DNA from: a virus
IMG/VR virus record: IMGVR_UViG_2681812966_000001
Span: 1-36,110 of that record
DNA: 36,110 nt
Reading direction: 5' to 3' (one strand)
Of the stretch, positions 1 to 9,931 are shown piece after piece; the stretch's first letter is position 1; each line of letters starts with the position of its first letter. The translations under genes were made by a program, and so were the position numbers. The notes under the pieces were generated by a model, which saw only the letters and a list, made by a program, of their open reading frames with translations, was not told the origin of the DNA and made no database searches.

Positions 1-1095
1 TTATAATTTTAATCCAACATAAAATACACTACCAAGAACAACATCACTAGATTGGTTAGTTACAAATCCCCAATACCTATTCCCATTAAGTAATTCAATA
101 TTGAACGAGTATACACTACTTGGTGGAGAATGTATCCAAATACTTGGTAATTGTATATCACTACCAAATGGGTTTGTAAATAATTTAGATGGAATATTAC
201 TCTCTGTTAGGGTTGTATTTCGTGGAGCAGTGTAATTTATTAATTGAAGAAGATACCATGTTACACTACCATTTTTAATTTCTATAATTCTCCCTTTCAA
301 TGAACCAGCAAGGTACAATGGCGTTACAGTAGAATTAATATTATCAAGTTTGGTCTTATAATTATTATTAAAATCATTAGTGGATAAACCTTTACCATTA
401 ACTTTATCCACCTTACCACTAATACGACTATCCAATACTTTACCCATATTAGCACTCAAAGGACGACTAACCTCATTAGAACTCAAATTATTAACAATAC
501 TACTAATATTAACCTTACCATTCAACTGTTCCTGCAAACCAGTAACATCACTTATACCTACTTCTGCACCATAACGCTCAACTTGCTTGTTTTTCATCAC
601 AATCTCAAAACTATTAAGAACACTACCACCAGGCATATGCACAACAAAGAGCACTTGTTCCAATTCTCTTAAATGAGGATTACTATTACTTATAACCCCT
701 TTACTAATACTTGCTTGTATAAGCTGATTATCAGCAGTATACAAGTCAACAGTAATGTTTCCTTCTCCTTCCCAATCAACACTATAAATACTACCAAAAC
801 TATTAAAATTAGGATAAAAAAGGAAACCAAAACTAGTATTACCAGTTGCCTCTAATACAGAATTACCTTCACTATCATTTGTGATAGTAATATCATTCAT
901 CAGTTCATCTAAGGTTATGATTGCAACTCCTGCTTTACGAGGACTTAAAGTATTAACCCAAGCGCTGTTATTAAACATTTCAGGTAATCTTATAGGTACT
1001 GTGAAATCAAAAACATTACTCAATAATAATGCATCATTCAAGTTCTCTGCAAAAGGTTTATCATCATGGGTGAAATAATCATCATAATCTGTCAT
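1..1095 (-). CDS. Tail fibre / receptor-binding protein
   Basis: Fibre-shaft motifs ISDVTGLQEQLNGK, IVNNLSSNEVSRPLSANMGKVL and KVDKVNGKGLSTNDF; last gene of baseplate module; beta-rich C-terminal ~100 aa. Confidence 0.72.
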   Translation of the reverse strand: MTDYDDYFTHDDKPFAENLNDALLLSNVFDFTVPIRLPEMFNNSAWVNTLSPRKAGVAIITLDELMNDITITNDSEGNSVLEATGNTSFGFLFYPNFNSFGSIYSVDWEGEGNITVDLYTADNQLIQASISKGVISNSNPHLRELEQVLFVVHMPGGSVLNSFEIVMKNKQVERYGAEVGISDVTGLQEQLNGKVNISSIVNNLSSNEVSRPLSANMGKVLDSRISGKVDKVNGKGLSTNDFNNNYKTKLDNINSTVTPLYLAGSLKGRIIEIKNGSVTWYLLQLINYTAPRNTTLTESNIPSKLFTNPFGSDIQLPSIWIHSPPSSVYSFNIELLNGNRYWGFVTNQSSDVVLGSVFYVGLKL

Positions 1096-1177
1096 TATTT
1101 AATCATCTCCAATAAAATATATTCATATTTATTCCTAATATTTTCTCTTAATTTCCAATATTCTTCCATTTTGTTTC

Positions 1178-1393
1178 TTAGGCATCAAAGCCAGTATAAT
1201 CAAGCAAATCATAATTAACAAGGTCAAAAACCATACTAAAATCACTACCACTCACCATAACCCCCGTACCATCCCAACACAAAGTAGCAGTCCTTAACAA
1301 ACCATCCAAATCATACTTCTCAATAATACTATCATCCAAGTTATTAGCAACAGCATGATACAAACTATTATAATCAATACTCTCCGTACTCAT
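1178..1393 (-). CDS. Small acidic hypothetical protein (baseplate region)
   Basis: 71 aa; ATGA overlap with stop of upstream gene; GGAG RBS. Confidence 0.6.
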   Translation of the reverse strand: MSTESIDYNSLYHAVANNLDDSIIEKYDLDGLLRTATLCWDGTGVMVSGSDFSMVFDLVNYDLLDYTGFDA

Positions 1394-2550
1394 AAGTCAT
1401 ACTCCTTCAAACGAATATTACCTTTAACACTAATAAAAGTTTCAAGGAAAGATAAAAACCCAGAATCCCAATTATTAAAAGGCACATTAATCACAGTTTC
1501 AGTTTCTTCAACAGTACTAAGAAGACCTTGAAAAACCTCCGTATCACCATCAGTTGCATGATTAGTAACAAAATGCTTACCAGTATCAGTACCATTCTTA
1601 CCAATATTACTACTAACACTCTCAGCAGGAACATAATGATTATGATCCACCACTTGCAAGTAATGTGTTTCATTAGAGATGAACACTTTATAATTATCAA
1701 ATTGGAAGCATTTATTAAAATTAATCAAGATGTCTTCTAAGGTTATAAGTCGACAATTTTTCAAATATAGGTAGATTCGGTATTCCGTATCAGTTAGATA
1801 ATTAACAGCATCTTCACTAAGGTCTTGAATTATAAGGTTCTTATAATAAAAATAAGGAGTAGTAGTAAATAAAGAGAATGCGAAAGTAAATTCGGAACCA
1901 TCTATGATAATACTACCCTTCTCAACATTATTTACATATACAGTTAAAGTATCACCTATCTTTTTGATAGTGACATGGTCTCCATCTATTAAAGTAAGAA
2001 CTATACTATTAGGTGGAGGGTTTTGAGGATACACCATAATACGATACACCTTATTATTCTCATTAATTATACGAAATTCTTGTCTATTCCTCCAATCTCC
2101 TTGAAAATAATCTAAATCAACTTGAAAATCACTTGTAAAAGTATCTCCAACTTTAAGAATATTGGAACCCTCACTTCCTCCTGCCAACTTCGTTTTATTC
2201 TCCATTACAGTTTTAATCACATTACCTACCAATTGGGTGTAATTGGTATTATAATCAGAAAGTACACCCTTATCCTCAAATAAGGAATAAACATGATTCG
2301 CATGATGTATTTTAGGTCTAGGTAAGTTATAAGAAACTCCCCAATACAAGTCCAATTTTTTACTATCGCATGATAGGACATTTAAATCATTCAGGAATTG
2401 GTTGCAGAATTCACTCATAAGGTCAAAACCCTCACCCAATACTTTATACATAAAGAAACCAACACTAGTTTCAGGATTCATGAAATTGTTCTTATCATCA
2501 TACTCATCAACTATCATATCACCATAAAATGAATTATTATCATAACTCAT
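1390..2550 (-). CDS. Baseplate wedge protein (P2 gpI/Mu gp48-like) with inserted beta-sandwich domain
   Basis: Follows baseplate J; LDLYWGVSYNLPRP and LTDTEYRIYLYLK match the two halves of the gpI-like signature, separated by ~170 aa. Confidence 0.65.
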   Translation of the reverse strand: MSYDNNSFYGDMIVDEYDDKNNFMNPETSVGFFMYKVLGEGFDLMSEFCNQFLNDLNVLSCDSKKLDLYWGVSYNLPRPKIHHANHVYSLFEDKGVLSDYNTNYTQLVGNVIKTVMENKTKLAGGSEGSNILKVGDTFTSDFQVDLDYFQGDWRNRQEFRIINENNKVYRIMVYPQNPPPNSIVLTLIDGDHVTIKKIGDTLTVYVNNVEKGSIIIDGSEFTFAFSLFTTTPYFYYKNLIIQDLSEDAVNYLTDTEYRIYLYLKNCRLITLEDILINFNKCFQFDNYKVFISNETHYLQVVDHNHYVPAESVSSNIGKNGTDTGKHFVTNHATDGDTEVFQGLLSTVEETETVINVPFNNWDSGFLSFLETFISVKGNIRLKEYDL

Positions 2551-2557
2551 AAGTAAC

Positions 2558-3859
2558 TTATCCTCCTTCCTCTAGTTCAACATCTAAGTTAAATTTCATT
2601 AACTTAACACGCTCATTAATATTGGTTAAGTCAATATTGTACAACTCATTATCACCTACATTAACAGTTTCAACAAGTTCCCTATACTTATCAGTATTAC
2701 TATTATATTCAACAATACGGCAATTATAAACACCAATAACCTCGTTTTCAATAACACTAGCAAGACTATTAGGATTAAACTCATTACCAATCAATGCATC
2801 ATTATTGAACTGTTCGATTTTTCCGATAACTTCATCCTTAACCATACCAATAGTATAATTAGTTTCAAGGATTAATGCAAAATAAACAACAGTCTGGCTA
2901 GTAGCACTCAATACAGGTACCTTATGACAAAGGATGTAATCAAGAGATATTCCAGCAGGATTATACTCATTCATACTCCATAAATCCACAAGGTCAGCTC
3001 TAGCCTTCAACATAACACCTGTGCTGGAGGATTCAATAAGATTATCCTCATTATATTGATTAATATCTAATCTTGTAACAATATCCTCCCAATTATTAGG
3101 ATTGAATATTATCTTAATATCCCTGTCTAAACTAGTTACTCCTTTCTCAACACAAACATCATGAACACTATCTAAAGTTAATGAAACATTTTCAAACCAA
3201 CCCAAAGTGCCCGCTGGAACACTATAAGGAGATAATAATATTCTTGCTCTGTAATCATCATCATCCTCAATATCAGCTCCACCAGTAAAATCACTAATGT
3301 TAGTTACACTTAACAAATTAGCTAAATCATTCATGATTAACTTAATACTACCACTTACCACATTTGTGTAAGCTCCTTCCTGCTCACAAATCACACCACA
3401 GGTAACGCTATCATTCCCATCTTCTAATATAATATTCTCCCCATTGTTATCAACAAGGAAACTAATAGCATCATCAGTACTCACCACCAAACCATCAGGG
3501 ATAACAATAACATCACTACCCCATTGATTAAGTCTTGTGAAAGTAACTTCACCAACACTAGGAGAAGATCCATAACGATGAACTCCCATAGGGTCACCGT
3601 AATTATCTAAGAACTCACCCTCCATCATGTGAATCATACTCATCCGATAATTTAGATCTATTAATTCCCTATGTTCTAATACTAGACTAGCCATCAAATC
3701 AGTTATATGGTAGGCTTCTGAGCCTATTGTGAAATCTGTTATCTTTGTTAAACCATCCAAGTTTGCTTGTATGTACTTGTTTATTATTTCATCCCTTATA
3801 TCTGATTTAATGATTATGTCACCATCAAAAGTTATGAATTCTGTATCTTCTTCAACCAT
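2558..3859 (-). CDS. Baseplate J-like wedge protein
   Basis: EGEFLDNYG, SVGEVTF, VICEQEGAYTNV and FTGGADIEDDDDYRARI are typical baseplate J motifs. Confidence 0.92.
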   Translation of the reverse strand: MVEEDTEFITFDGDIIIKSDIRDEIINKYIQANLDGLTKITDFTIGSEAYHITDLMASLVLEHRELIDLNYRMSMIHMMEGEFLDNYGDPMGVHRYGSSPSVGEVTFTRLNQWGSDVIVIPDGLVVSTDDAISFLVDNNGENIILEDGNDSVTCGVICEQEGAYTNVVSGSIKLIMNDLANLLSVTNISDFTGGADIEDDDDYRARILLSPYSVPAGTLGWFENVSLTLDSVHDVCVEKGVTSLDRDIKIIFNPNNWEDIVTRLDINQYNEDNLIESSSTGVMLKARADLVDLWSMNEYNPAGISLDYILCHKVPVLSATSQTVVYFALILETNYTIGMVKDEVIGKIEQFNNDALIGNEFNPNSLASVIENEVIGVYNCRIVEYNSNTDKYRELVETVNVGDNELYNIDLTNINERVKLMKFNLDVELEEGG

Positions 3860-3911
3860 AAAATATTAACTCTCCATCAAAAAATATTTAATTTTTAATT
3901 TTTAATTTTTT

Positions 3912-4292
3912 TTATATTATTTCAAAACTCATGGTTTCTTCAGTACCATTTACAAATAGTACTTCAAGTATAACATTAATTGTCTTTGTAACTGTAACAA
4001 GAACATCTAAACGATTAATGCCTGCTACTCTTTCATTTTCTAGTAAAGCATTAGTTAAATACACTTTTAAAGCATCTAGGTTAAGTTCTTCTATATCTTC
4101 TCCTAATGATTCATATATTTCTGAACCGTATTCGGTGTCAATGCTAGGATAAAATCCCTTTTCAGTTAGTATTTGATTTATTATGCTTTGTATTGCATTA
4201 TCAATTCCACATACGAGGAGTATGTCTCCTGTTTCACTTACTTGTCCAGTGCTACTGTAATCGCAACCGAATATCTTATCATCAGCTTCCAT
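3912..4292 (-). CDS. Baseplate wedge subunit, gp25/gpW-like
   Basis: NAIQSIINQILTEKGFYP..EYGSEI and NALLENERVAGI pattern; position directly before baseplate J. Confidence 0.82.
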   Translation of the reverse strand: MEADDKIFGCDYSSTGQVSETGDILLVCGIDNAIQSIINQILTEKGFYPSIDTEYGSEIYESLGEDIEELNLDALKVYLTNALLENERVAGINRLDVLVTVTKTINVILEVLFVNGTEETMSFEII

Positions 4293-4411
4293 AATTTTTT
4301 TATCCTCCAGAATAATTAAAATGTTAGTTAATTAAAATGATGTTTAAACTTTTATAGGGTAAAATAATAAAATGATATATATTAAAGTTTAAATAATATT
4401 GATAAAATTTT

Positions 4412-5539
4412 TCATTTAACCTTCTCAACACTCTTCCAATCAGGAGTCTTACTAGTAGCAGAAGAACAATCATAATACTTACTACCCTTATAATTCCACA
4501 TATGACCAGTAGTTGAACCATCAGTTTTAGTATAAGTACCACGCTTAATACCCATCTTTTTACCCGCTCCTTCGCATAGTTTTGCAAATAACCATGCAAA
4601 ATCAACACAATTAGCACGCTTACTATCCCAGCACTTCTTAGCAGACTTAGCACCAAACTTCATCTTATCTTCAGACTTAACAATATGGTTAGCATATTTC
4701 TTATATTTCCAACCACCAGTACCTCCACCAGTGCCAACACGCAACCATTTGTAGATTTTATCAATAGTACCAAGTTTCTGTCCTTTCAGTTTAATTTTCT
4801 TACCAATCGCAGAATTATCTTTCAAACCAATATTAACGTTCACAATTTCACATTTAGCATTCAAAGGATTATCACTACTAGTTGCTATGATTTGACCTTT
4901 TTTATTCTTGAATAAATAAGAACCTTCATATTTATTGTCTAAGTGGTTTTTGCCTTCTACAAGTTCAATAGTATAAGTCTGATTATCAATATCCTCCTTA
5001 ATACCTTCAATATACAAGTCCTTCTTACTTGTTTCCTTAAAACCTTTAAGATTAACATTAACCAAATCACCAACATTAACATCCTTAATGATAGGTATTT
5101 TCAAAGTGCCTTTATAAACAGATTTAGTATTCAAACCTTTCTTAGCCTTTGTTAGTGCTTCAGCTTTACTAAGACTACAATACTGACTTTTGGTTTGACT
5201 ATCAGCAACCTTAGTAGCACCATTAGCCTTAACAGTAGCAGGTGTCAACTTCTTACGAACCTTCTTAGCCTTATCTTGCCCAGAAACTCCGCAAAAATCT
5301 GCTCCGCATTTCTCACAAGTAATTTCTCCTTCTTTAACTTTTTTGGGATTAAATTTAAATTTCCCTTTACAAAAAGGACAAGAATTCTTCCAAGATTTCT
5401 TTGTTAGCTTGTAATCATAACCCTTTTTAGAAGGATAACACCATACAGTAATAGTTTTTTTATCATCACCAAAAACAGCTCTTACACCTTTCAAAACCAA
5501 AATAAACCACTCCTTTTTTTTAGAATGGTAGAGTTTCAT
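4412..5539 (-). CDS. Basic tail/baseplate protein: Zn-finger + hub-like barrel + C-terminal transglutaminase-fold Cys peptidase (pseudomurein endoisopeptidase-like)
   Basis: CPFC..CEKC..C Zn motif; RANCVDFA / GHMWNY / YYDCS Cys-His-Asp triad. Start at 5539 (MKLYH) preferred over 5617 to reduce overlap with upstream gene. Confidence 0.7.
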   Translation of the reverse strand: MKLYHSKKKEWFILVLKGVRAVFGDDKKTITVWCYPSKKGYDYKLTKKSWKNSCPFCKGKFKFNPKKVKEGEITCEKCGADFCGVSGQDKAKKVRKKLTPATVKANGATKVADSQTKSQYCSLSKAEALTKAKKGLNTKSVYKGTLKIPIIKDVNVGDLVNVNLKGFKETSKKDLYIEGIKEDIDNQTYTIELVEGKNHLDNKYEGSYLFKNKKGQIIATSSDNPLNAKCEIVNVNIGLKDNSAIGKKIKLKGQKLGTIDKIYKWLRVGTGGGTGGWKYKKYANHIVKSEDKMKFGAKSAKKCWDSKRANCVDFAWLFAKLCEGAGKKMGIKRGTYTKTDGSTTGHMWNYKGSKYYDCSSATSKTPDWKSVEKVK

Positions 5540-6686
5540 AACGTTTCTTAGTTCCACCAAAACCATTCCAATGCCCATTCCAATATTTACTGCTTGATTT
5601 AGTACCGGTGTCAACAACTATCCATTTATTCTTGACATAATACTCTCCATAAATATGCCCACCTTTTCCATTCTTAGCATGACAATATCTAGCCTTAATT
5701 CCTATAGAACGAGCCATTGCGATGAGCAAATGAGCATTATCACAACAATTACCTTTACGTTTACTAAGAGTACCTTCAGCCTTATATTTAGTATTAGCAT
5801 AACTAGAATAACCAATATTCTTATTACACCACTCATATAATAATTTCAAATTCTGATACTGACTATTACCTTTCTTAGCAATACTCAACGCCTGATTAAC
5901 AACCTTACTATTGATATTGTATTTTTGTATCATGGCATCATTCTTCAAACTAACATCTAATTTACTAGATGAGTTTGAACCAGTATCACTAGTACTTTCA
6001 CATTCTTCACTATCCGAAACATAACCCCACTTAGCAATCAAATCCTTACTACTACTTGCACTAGCTACAACTTTACCATCAAAAGTTATATGAAATTTTG
6101 TAATAATGTCACTACTATCATAGGATTCTTCATAGTCAAGTACATTAGTGAAACTATAACCAACTTGCTGCTTAGGAATGTAATTAAATAGTAGTGTTCC
6201 GTTAGCATCAACTTTTGCCCTTACTTCATAACCAGCTTGATGTTCCAACCAACACAATTGTTGGGCAATATCCCAGATACTAGTATTCTCCCATTTAACA
6301 TTACTATGAATAACACTAGTCTTTTTAATTCCACTTGTACTGAAATTGTTCCTACTAAGTTTCAGTACTTTTTTAAGTATTTGACTGCTTGTAAGGTTTT
6401 TGAAACTGCAAGTTACTTTATCATGATACAAACGCAGATAACTGATTACTTCATAAGTGTAATCATCACCAACGCTCTTTTTAATATTATAAATCTGACC
6501 TCCAAAATCCAGAGTGTTTGATTTATACCTTATACGGTCAGCCTCTGCTAGTTTAACAGGACTTCTGAAACTCATTGTAGAAGCTTCAGTTCTTTTCCAA
6601 TCAATACTTGCATCATGAAAAGGTAGCTCGGTGAATGTTGCTGAACCTCGATTGGTACTATGACTATAATACAATTTACCAATCAT
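5520..6686 (-). CDS. Baseplate hub-like protein with C-terminal transglutaminase-like Cys peptidase domain
   Basis: N-terminal gpD/XkdQ-like pattern (FGGQIYNI, YEVISYLRLY, SIWDIAQQL); KRKGNCCDNAHLLIAMARSIGIKARY / GHIYGEY / WIVVDTG is a classic transglutaminase-like triad. Confidence 0.82.
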   Translation of the reverse strand: MIGKLYYSHSTNRGSATFTELPFHDASIDWKRTEASTMSFRSPVKLAEADRIRYKSNTLDFGGQIYNIKKSVGDDYTYEVISYLRLYHDKVTCSFKNLTSSQILKKVLKLSRNNFSTSGIKKTSVIHSNVKWENTSIWDIAQQLCWLEHQAGYEVRAKVDANGTLLFNYIPKQQVGYSFTNVLDYEESYDSSDIITKFHITFDGKVVASASSSKDLIAKWGYVSDSEECESTSDTGSNSSSKLDVSLKNDAMIQKYNINSKVVNQALSIAKKGNSQYQNLKLLYEWCNKNIGYSSYANTKYKAEGTLSKRKGNCCDNAHLLIAMARSIGIKARYCHAKNGKGGHIYGEYYVKNKWIVVDTGTKSSSKYWNGHWNGFGGTKKRYETLPF

Positions 6687-6692
6687 AGTTTA

Positions 6693-7502
6693 TCACCTTA
6701 TTAAAGAACCAGTCACGCCTGTTGCAGGAGTTTTTAATCTACCTCCAACTCCAGAAACCTTTTGACTAAGGGTAGGGTACTTATATTTTTTTTGGAAATA
6801 GGTACGAGTAGCCTTATCCCACTTACCAGTAACCTTTAACTTAAACTTTTTCTGCAAACTTTTAACAGCTTGTGCAGTGTAAATCTGATATAAACCATCA
6901 ACCTTGTAATTTTTATAGTAGCCTTTACTTTGCAAGAACTTTTGCAAACTTTTAACACATTTCTTACCTTTATGTCCTTTACTCATCGTTGGGCAAGTTT
7001 TAAGTAAGTATTTAACATTGCTATTCAAATTATAAGCTCCACTTTGCTTAGTAGTTGTTTTCTTACTCTTCTTACTACTAGACACAGCCTTACCCCAAAC
7101 TCTGAAAGTTTTCCTGGTAACATTAAACTTGATCACTTCGGTAAACTCCCAATCGATAATATAATTATGTTGAGTATCTTCGGTGTAATCAAAACCTGTA
7201 CAGATATAATTACCATTTATCTTTGATTTACTTGGACTTGTTAAAACTTTAGATTTTTTGTTAAAAGTTTCAGCTAAATATTTGTAATCATTTATCCTGT
7301 GTCCTCGGCAATGTGGAGATTGTTCATCGTGTTTTACAATATTTTTAAAACTAATAACTCTTCCATTACTACTAATATGATTAGTTGTTGAACCATTAGC
7401 ACCCACATAAGGACTAGTATTAAATTCTTGAGTTTTTTTAACACTTATATCATCAATAATATTATTAATATTGATTCCAGCAAAAACAATATGCCCAGCC
7501 AT
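6693..7502 (-). CDS. Tail tube initiator (gpU-like) with C-terminal peptidoglycan-binding-like domain
   Basis: Directly after TMP; MSKGHKGKKCVKSLQKFL..VDGLY..YTAQAVKSLQKKFKLKVTGKWD matches the PG_binding_1 consensus (L..G..G..V..LQ..L..DG.FG..T..AV..FQ....L..TG..D). Confidence 0.72.
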   Translation of the reverse strand: MAGHIVFAGININNIIDDISVKKTQEFNTSPYVGANGSTTNHISSNGRVISFKNIVKHDEQSPHCRGHRINDYKYLAETFNKKSKVLTSPSKSKINGNYICTGFDYTEDTQHNYIIDWEFTEVIKFNVTRKTFRVWGKAVSSSKKSKKTTTKQSGAYNLNSNVKYLLKTCPTMSKGHKGKKCVKSLQKFLQSKGYYKNYKVDGLYQIYTAQAVKSLQKKFKLKVTGKWDKATRTYFQKKYKYPTLSQKVSGVGGRLKTPATGVTGSLIR

Positions 7503-7507
7503 AACTA

Positions 7508-9931
7508 TTATACTCCTCTTATAAGGTTCTGCTTCTTAACATAATTAGACATAGTATCAACAATATACTTACTAGCATCTTCCTCAATAATACCATTAAA
7601 ATTATTATTAAAAGTAATATTCTTTGAACTAGTACTAGTCTTAGCTATTGATGTTAAACTACTATTCAAAGTACCACTACTATTAAAGCCTTCATACCCC
7701 ACACTATTAGTACTTGTGAAACCTTCATATTCAACACCAAGCAAACCACCACTAATAGTATGCAAACCACTACTAATTTTACTCAAAGTTCCATTAATAC
7801 TAACCCAAGCATCAGTAAAAGGCTTAGTCAAAATATTAGTTATACCAGATACAGCATTCTGAACCTTAGTAGGTAATTGAGTTAATTGTTTGATAATATT
7901 GTCTACAAATCCTTTAGCAGCATTAGTTGCTTGAACTTTAAAACCAATTGCAAAGTTAATTATAAAGCTAATAATATTATTAAAAATATTTTTCATCATT
8001 GATACAAAAATCTGCCAAATATCCCCTAACAACTCTGTAAGACTTTTCTGCCCACTTAAAAATAATTGGAATACTGTAATAAGTTCATCAATAGCTAAAC
8101 CTACTGACATGAAGATTTCTATAACATTATCCCAAGCAGGAATAAATGATGTTGGGATGAAGCTACCAATTTGGTCTAACCAACCAAATAAAGAATCCCA
8201 TGCGGAATTCAACATATCAGAGATAAGTTGTAAGAAACCACTCGCAAAATTTTTCAATCCATCAATAATATTATTAAAAATATTTTCCATCATTGAAGAA
8301 TAAATCTCCCAAACATTAACAAGCAAATCAGTAATACTCATCTGCCCATTAAGGAATGATTGAAAAACACTAAGAAGTTCATCAATAGCTAAACCTACTG
8401 ACATGAAGATTTCTATAACATTATCCCAAGCAGGAATAAAAGCAGTAGGAAGAAAACCCCCAATCTGAGTTAACCAACCAAACAATACATCCAAAGAAGA
8501 ATTTAACATATCAGACATTGTTTGTAATAAACCCATTGCTCCTTGACCTTGAGTAATAGCCTCCCATGTACTAAAAATTGTAGTAATCCAACCTTGGAAC
8601 ATACTGATTAAACCATCAATACTTTTCCGTACAGTTTCATTATTATTATACAAATACCATAAGATACCAATAAGTACAAGTATTGCTCCAGCAACAAGAA
8701 CAATAGGTAATAATAACGCCATCTCAGCACCAGCCAATGTGATAGTTGGTCCTATTGTCATTAGCTTTGCTAACATATTACCTTCCTCAGCAGCAGTTTG
8801 TAAAGTCTTAGCACCAGTCAAAACTTGTGTAACTCCAGCAGCTATTGATTCCGCATTACGAACAGTATCAATGGCTCCTTTAACACCACTGAAAACTCCT
8901 CTTACTGTTTCAACACTACCACGCAGAGCATCATAACCCATCTGTGCCTGATTAAGAGCTGATAAACCTCCAACCACGGATGAACCTATTCCTCCGCCAA
9001 CAAGAATTGCAGTTGATAACCATCCTTTAGTAGAAGCATCTAACTCGTTGAAACCATTTAATACGTTTTTAACCTGAGGTAGTACATAAGCACCGATATT
9101 TTTCCCAGCCCTTGAGAAACTTTTACCTAAAAGTGCTTCCATACCAGTTGCAGTATCCATAAGCTCATCAGTAGAACCAGTAACCGCATTAACAGCATCA
9201 AGGTAACCGTCAAGGTCATCCTCTTTACCAGACCACAACTTTGTCCTCATCAAAGCCTCTTCAGTAATCCCGTACTGGTCCAAAGAAGCATAAGCTCCTT
9301 TAATACCTTTACTTAGGTCGAACATTGCTTGTTCTGCTTTTGCCTCTGAACCAGTCATAGCATAAACATACTGACCAAAGCTAGCAACCTTAGTTGAAGC
9401 AGTATCTATTTCTGTTGCAGTAGCACCAGTCGCAGATTTAATACCATTCAACGCAGGAATTAATGATTGCATACTAATAAGACTGTTATCAGTAGTAGTA
9501 TTAATAGTATCATACAAAGTTTCACTACTAGTTTTCAAATCACTCATATTTTTAAGGAGAACTTTGTTAGTTTCAGCTTTTGCAGAAGTTCCATAAACAA
9601 CATCCCAGATACTTTTACCAGCAAGTCCACTTACAACACCTGTTATAGCACTACCCATACCACTAGTATTTGAAGCAATACTATTTTTCAGGTTTTCTAA
9701 TTCTTTCTGTGCTTTTTTAATCTCGGAATCATCAACATCAACATCAATAGGGACTTTATCGCCTTTCATGTCATCGATTTCTTTCTTAACTGTTTCTACA
9801 TGAGCAGAATCAACGTCTGTGTCAACATTAATGACCTCTCCAGTTTCTATTTCTTTTAATATTTTTTGTACTTTTTCAAGGTCTCCACTGTCAACATCAA
9901 TATTAACATCTAAATCAATACGTTTAGCCAT
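7508..9931 (-). CDS. Tail tape measure protein
   Basis: 807 aa, Ala/Gly/Ile-rich helical; TMP core (LIPALNGIKSATG, AMFDLSKGIKG); W/F-periodic repeats; position after tail chaperone. Confidence 0.92.
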   Translation of the reverse strand: MAKRIDLDVNIDVDSGDLEKVQKILKEIETGEVINVDTDVDSAHVETVKKEIDDMKGDKVPIDVDVDDSEIKKAQKELENLKNSIASNTSGMGSAITGVVSGLAGKSIWDVVYGTSAKAETNKVLLKNMSDLKTSSETLYDTINTTTDNSLISMQSLIPALNGIKSATGATATEIDTASTKVASFGQYVYAMTGSEAKAEQAMFDLSKGIKGAYASLDQYGITEEALMRTKLWSGKEDDLDGYLDAVNAVTGSTDELMDTATGMEALLGKSFSRAGKNIGAYVLPQVKNVLNGFNELDASTKGWLSTAILVGGGIGSSVVGGLSALNQAQMGYDALRGSVETVRGVFSGVKGAIDTVRNAESIAAGVTQVLTGAKTLQTAAEEGNMLAKLMTIGPTITLAGAEMALLLPIVLVAGAILVLIGILWYLYNNNETVRKSIDGLISMFQGWITTIFSTWEAITQGQGAMGLLQTMSDMLNSSLDVLFGWLTQIGGFLPTAFIPAWDNVIEIFMSVGLAIDELLSVFQSFLNGQMSITDLLVNVWEIYSSMMENIFNNIIDGLKNFASGFLQLISDMLNSAWDSLFGWLDQIGSFIPTSFIPAWDNVIEIFMSVGLAIDELITVFQLFLSGQKSLTELLGDIWQIFVSMMKNIFNNIISFIINFAIGFKVQATNAAKGFVDNIIKQLTQLPTKVQNAVSGITNILTKPFTDAWVSINGTLSKISSGLHTISGGLLGVEYEGFTSTNSVGYEGFNSSGTLNSSLTSIAKTSTSSKNITFNNNFNGIIEEDASKYIVDTMSNYVKKQNLIRGV
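7972..8514. repeat. Internal tandem duplication in TMP, period 294 bp (98 aa)
   Basis: 66 bp identical at 8081-8146 and 8375-8440; protein repeat DMLNS..FIPAWDNVIEIFMSVGLAIDEL..NIFNNII occurs twice. Confidence 0.95.

Noticed and set aside
1-1095. Diversity-generating retroelement target in the tail fibre
   Set aside because: No reverse transcriptase and no TR/VR pair differing at adenines seen in the window; cannot exclude one beyond position 1.
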